A stretch of 64,000 bases of DNA, from the NCBI GenBank assembly GCA_963843375.1, contig CAWJKT010000006.1, positions 160,001-224,000 on the forward strand. Reading direction: 5' to 3'. This document shows, in pieces, positions 62,351-64,000 of this stretch. This stretch comes from an uncultured Pseudomonadota bacterium (GTDB taxonomy: Bacteria; Oederibacteriota; Muellerivitia; Muellerivitales; Muellerivitaceae). Numbering within the stretch: the stretch's first letter is position 1; each line of letters begins with the position of its first letter. The notes beneath the pieces were generated by a model. It saw only the letters and a program-made list of their open reading frames with translations, was not told the DNA's origin and did no database searches. Both the position numbers and the translations under genes were made by a program.

Positions 62351-62396
62351 AATGTCGCCTTTTCATTACCGCTATTAACGACTGTTCCCCAGGTCC

Positions 62397-63053
62397 TCAC
62401 TTATTGTTTTCAAATCCCCAACTCAACCAACTCACGTACTGCTCCGTAAGAGTTTCCGATATATCAATTACTGCATCAGCTTCAGCCTTTGTAACGACTC
62501 TTCCATGCAACGCCGCATTACATAAATCCAAAACTTTTCTTGTTAGTTCAAATTGGTTCGGTGTTATTGCTCTATTTAAAATTAGTCTCTTAAGCAAAAC
62601 TCCCGTCGAATCTCTCTCATCAAATTTTAGTTTGAAACCTTTTACGAGGTTTTTAACCATCGTTTCTATTTCCATACGAAGTCCAGCCAAGGCCCAATTT
62701 GGATCTTCATTGGCTAAATTTCTATAGCGTGCCAAATCAAGTCCACTTAATGAAGGTTGTAAACCGGCTTTTATCATTTTTGAATTTGCTTCTGTTAGTG
62801 GGATAGTTGGCGTTTTCTTTGCACCCTTTGGAGGTTTAGGTGGCTTTGTCTTCATCGAGAGCGCTCTCGCCTCTAGAATCTCTTTTTCGAAATCAAGAGA
62901 AACGCCTCCTGGTAAATTGGCTGATTTGATCCTTCCCAGTAATGCCGACAATTGTCGATGAAATAAAATCACCAAAAAAATTACAACAATCGGCCAAATT
63001 AATGCCTTGATATATTCAAGAACCAAATTCGCAATATCAAACCAAGACTCCAT
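62397..63053 (-). CDS. Membrane-anchored hypothetical protein with HEPN-like helical C-terminus
   Basis: N-terminal TM (LIWPIVVIFLVILF); LRMEIE...LCNAALHG...EADAVI; GGAG RBS. Confidence 0.6.
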   Translation of the reverse strand: MESWFDIANLVLEYIKALIWPIVVIFLVILFHRQLSALLGRIKSANLPGGVSLDFEKEILEARALSMKTKPPKPPKGAKKTPTIPLTEANSKMIKAGLQPSLSGLDLARYRNLANEDPNWALAGLRMEIETMVKNLVKGFKLKFDERDSTGVLLKRLILNRAITPNQFELTRKVLDLCNAALHGRVVTKAEADAVIDISETLTEQYVSWLSWGFENNK

Positions 63054-63137
63054 TTAAGGCTCCTAATAACCTAATCATTCAAGGCAAGACTTTGTCCACT
63101 ATGGGTTCCAGTTATGGACAACCATCTTTTCTGTTTA

Positions 63138-63490
63138 CTACTCTCGTACCCTAACTCGATCTTTTTCAATAATCCACAATCTCTGGTTCACCTGTTCCTT
63201 GGCTAATAAATCCAAAACAGGGCGAAATAGTTCAACCATTGTGGGCTTATCCTGACGGTCTGACCGGATCACCATAATTCCAGGGTATTTATCGGGCGGG
63301 TAGGCTCGGATATCGGAGAAATCCAGGTCACAGGTGATGAAGGCCCTGCCTTCTTTGGCGCAAACTGCCGCTAAATTCGTGTCGGGATTTCCGGTTAAGC
63401 CTTGGTCATTCACCGTAAGGGCGTCATGGCCGGCTTGTGTCAAAAAATGCTTTATTTCAAAGGGGAGGTTTTCGTCGATTTTGAACTTCA

Positions 63491-63491
<1 letters not shown>
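63138..63491 (-). CDS. DUF5615-family PIN-like toxin
   Basis: MKFKIDENLP, GHDA, EGRAFITCDLDF. Confidence 0.88.
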
Positions 63492-63754
<263 letters not shown>

Positions 63755-63824
63755 CTATTCCTCTTTGAAAGCCACCCATGGAACTATAAGACCCAACCAA
63801 AAGCTAAATAAGCCCCCTCTGATG

Positions 63825-63987
63825 TTAACTTTCCCGGCCCCCCGGCACAAGGCCGGACGGGGCGCCGGGAAAGTTAAAGCCAGGTTTCGAAATCAAATTT
63901 CATCACAAAAACATAAAGAGCCGACCTTCAGCCTTTGTGCCAATTCGCCTTTTAATTGGCACAAATGGTTGCCCCGCAAGTCGGCTC
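63825..63987. repeat. Two adjacent strong hairpins
   Basis: TTAACTTTCCCGGC/GCCGGGAAAGTTAA (63825-63877); GAGCCGAC...TTTGTGCCAATT/AATTGGCACAAA...GTCGGCTC (63918-63987). Confidence 0.75.
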
Positions 63988-64000
63988 CAAAGCCAAAGAA

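Overview
Bacterial chromosome segment, probably from a metagenome assembly of an uncultured, diderm-like lineage. It has three parts. (1) 1-28 kb: a minus-strand division and cell-wall (dcw) operon, mraZ-[STAS-STAS]-rsmH-ftsL-ftsI-murE-murF-mraY-murD-ftsW-murG-murC-murB-ddl-ftsQ-ftsA-ftsZ. It continues into a polysaccharide deacetylase, an amidase and pgeF, then an OGG-like glycosylase and an NtrC-like regulator whose ATPase motifs are degenerate. (2) 28-53 kb: housekeeping and envelope genes (glpK, GT2, hisN-like, pfk, FKBP, BON proteins, ABC-2 transporter, SET, msrA, AKR), a module of orphan flgE, ECF sigma, FlgD-Ig anti-sigma and PorV-like barrel, and a 1022-aa Thr/Pro-rich surface protein with a T9SS-like C-terminal domain. 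(3) 53-64 kb: an AT-richer accessory region. It holds a UvrD/HelD-like helicase with an inserted nuclease-like segment and a vsr/dcm locus broken by two nested IS3-family elements. It also holds a 3' tRNA-Asp fragment (att site) followed by periodic repeats and a 120-bp concentric inverted repeat, an NHL-repeat protein, a TM plus HEPN-like protein and a DUF433/PIN toxin-antitoxin pair. Many frameshifts occur, including in essential murG and murD. They look like consensus artefacts (often two synonymous alleles written side by side), not real pseudogenes. All calls come from motif recognition by eye; no searches were run.
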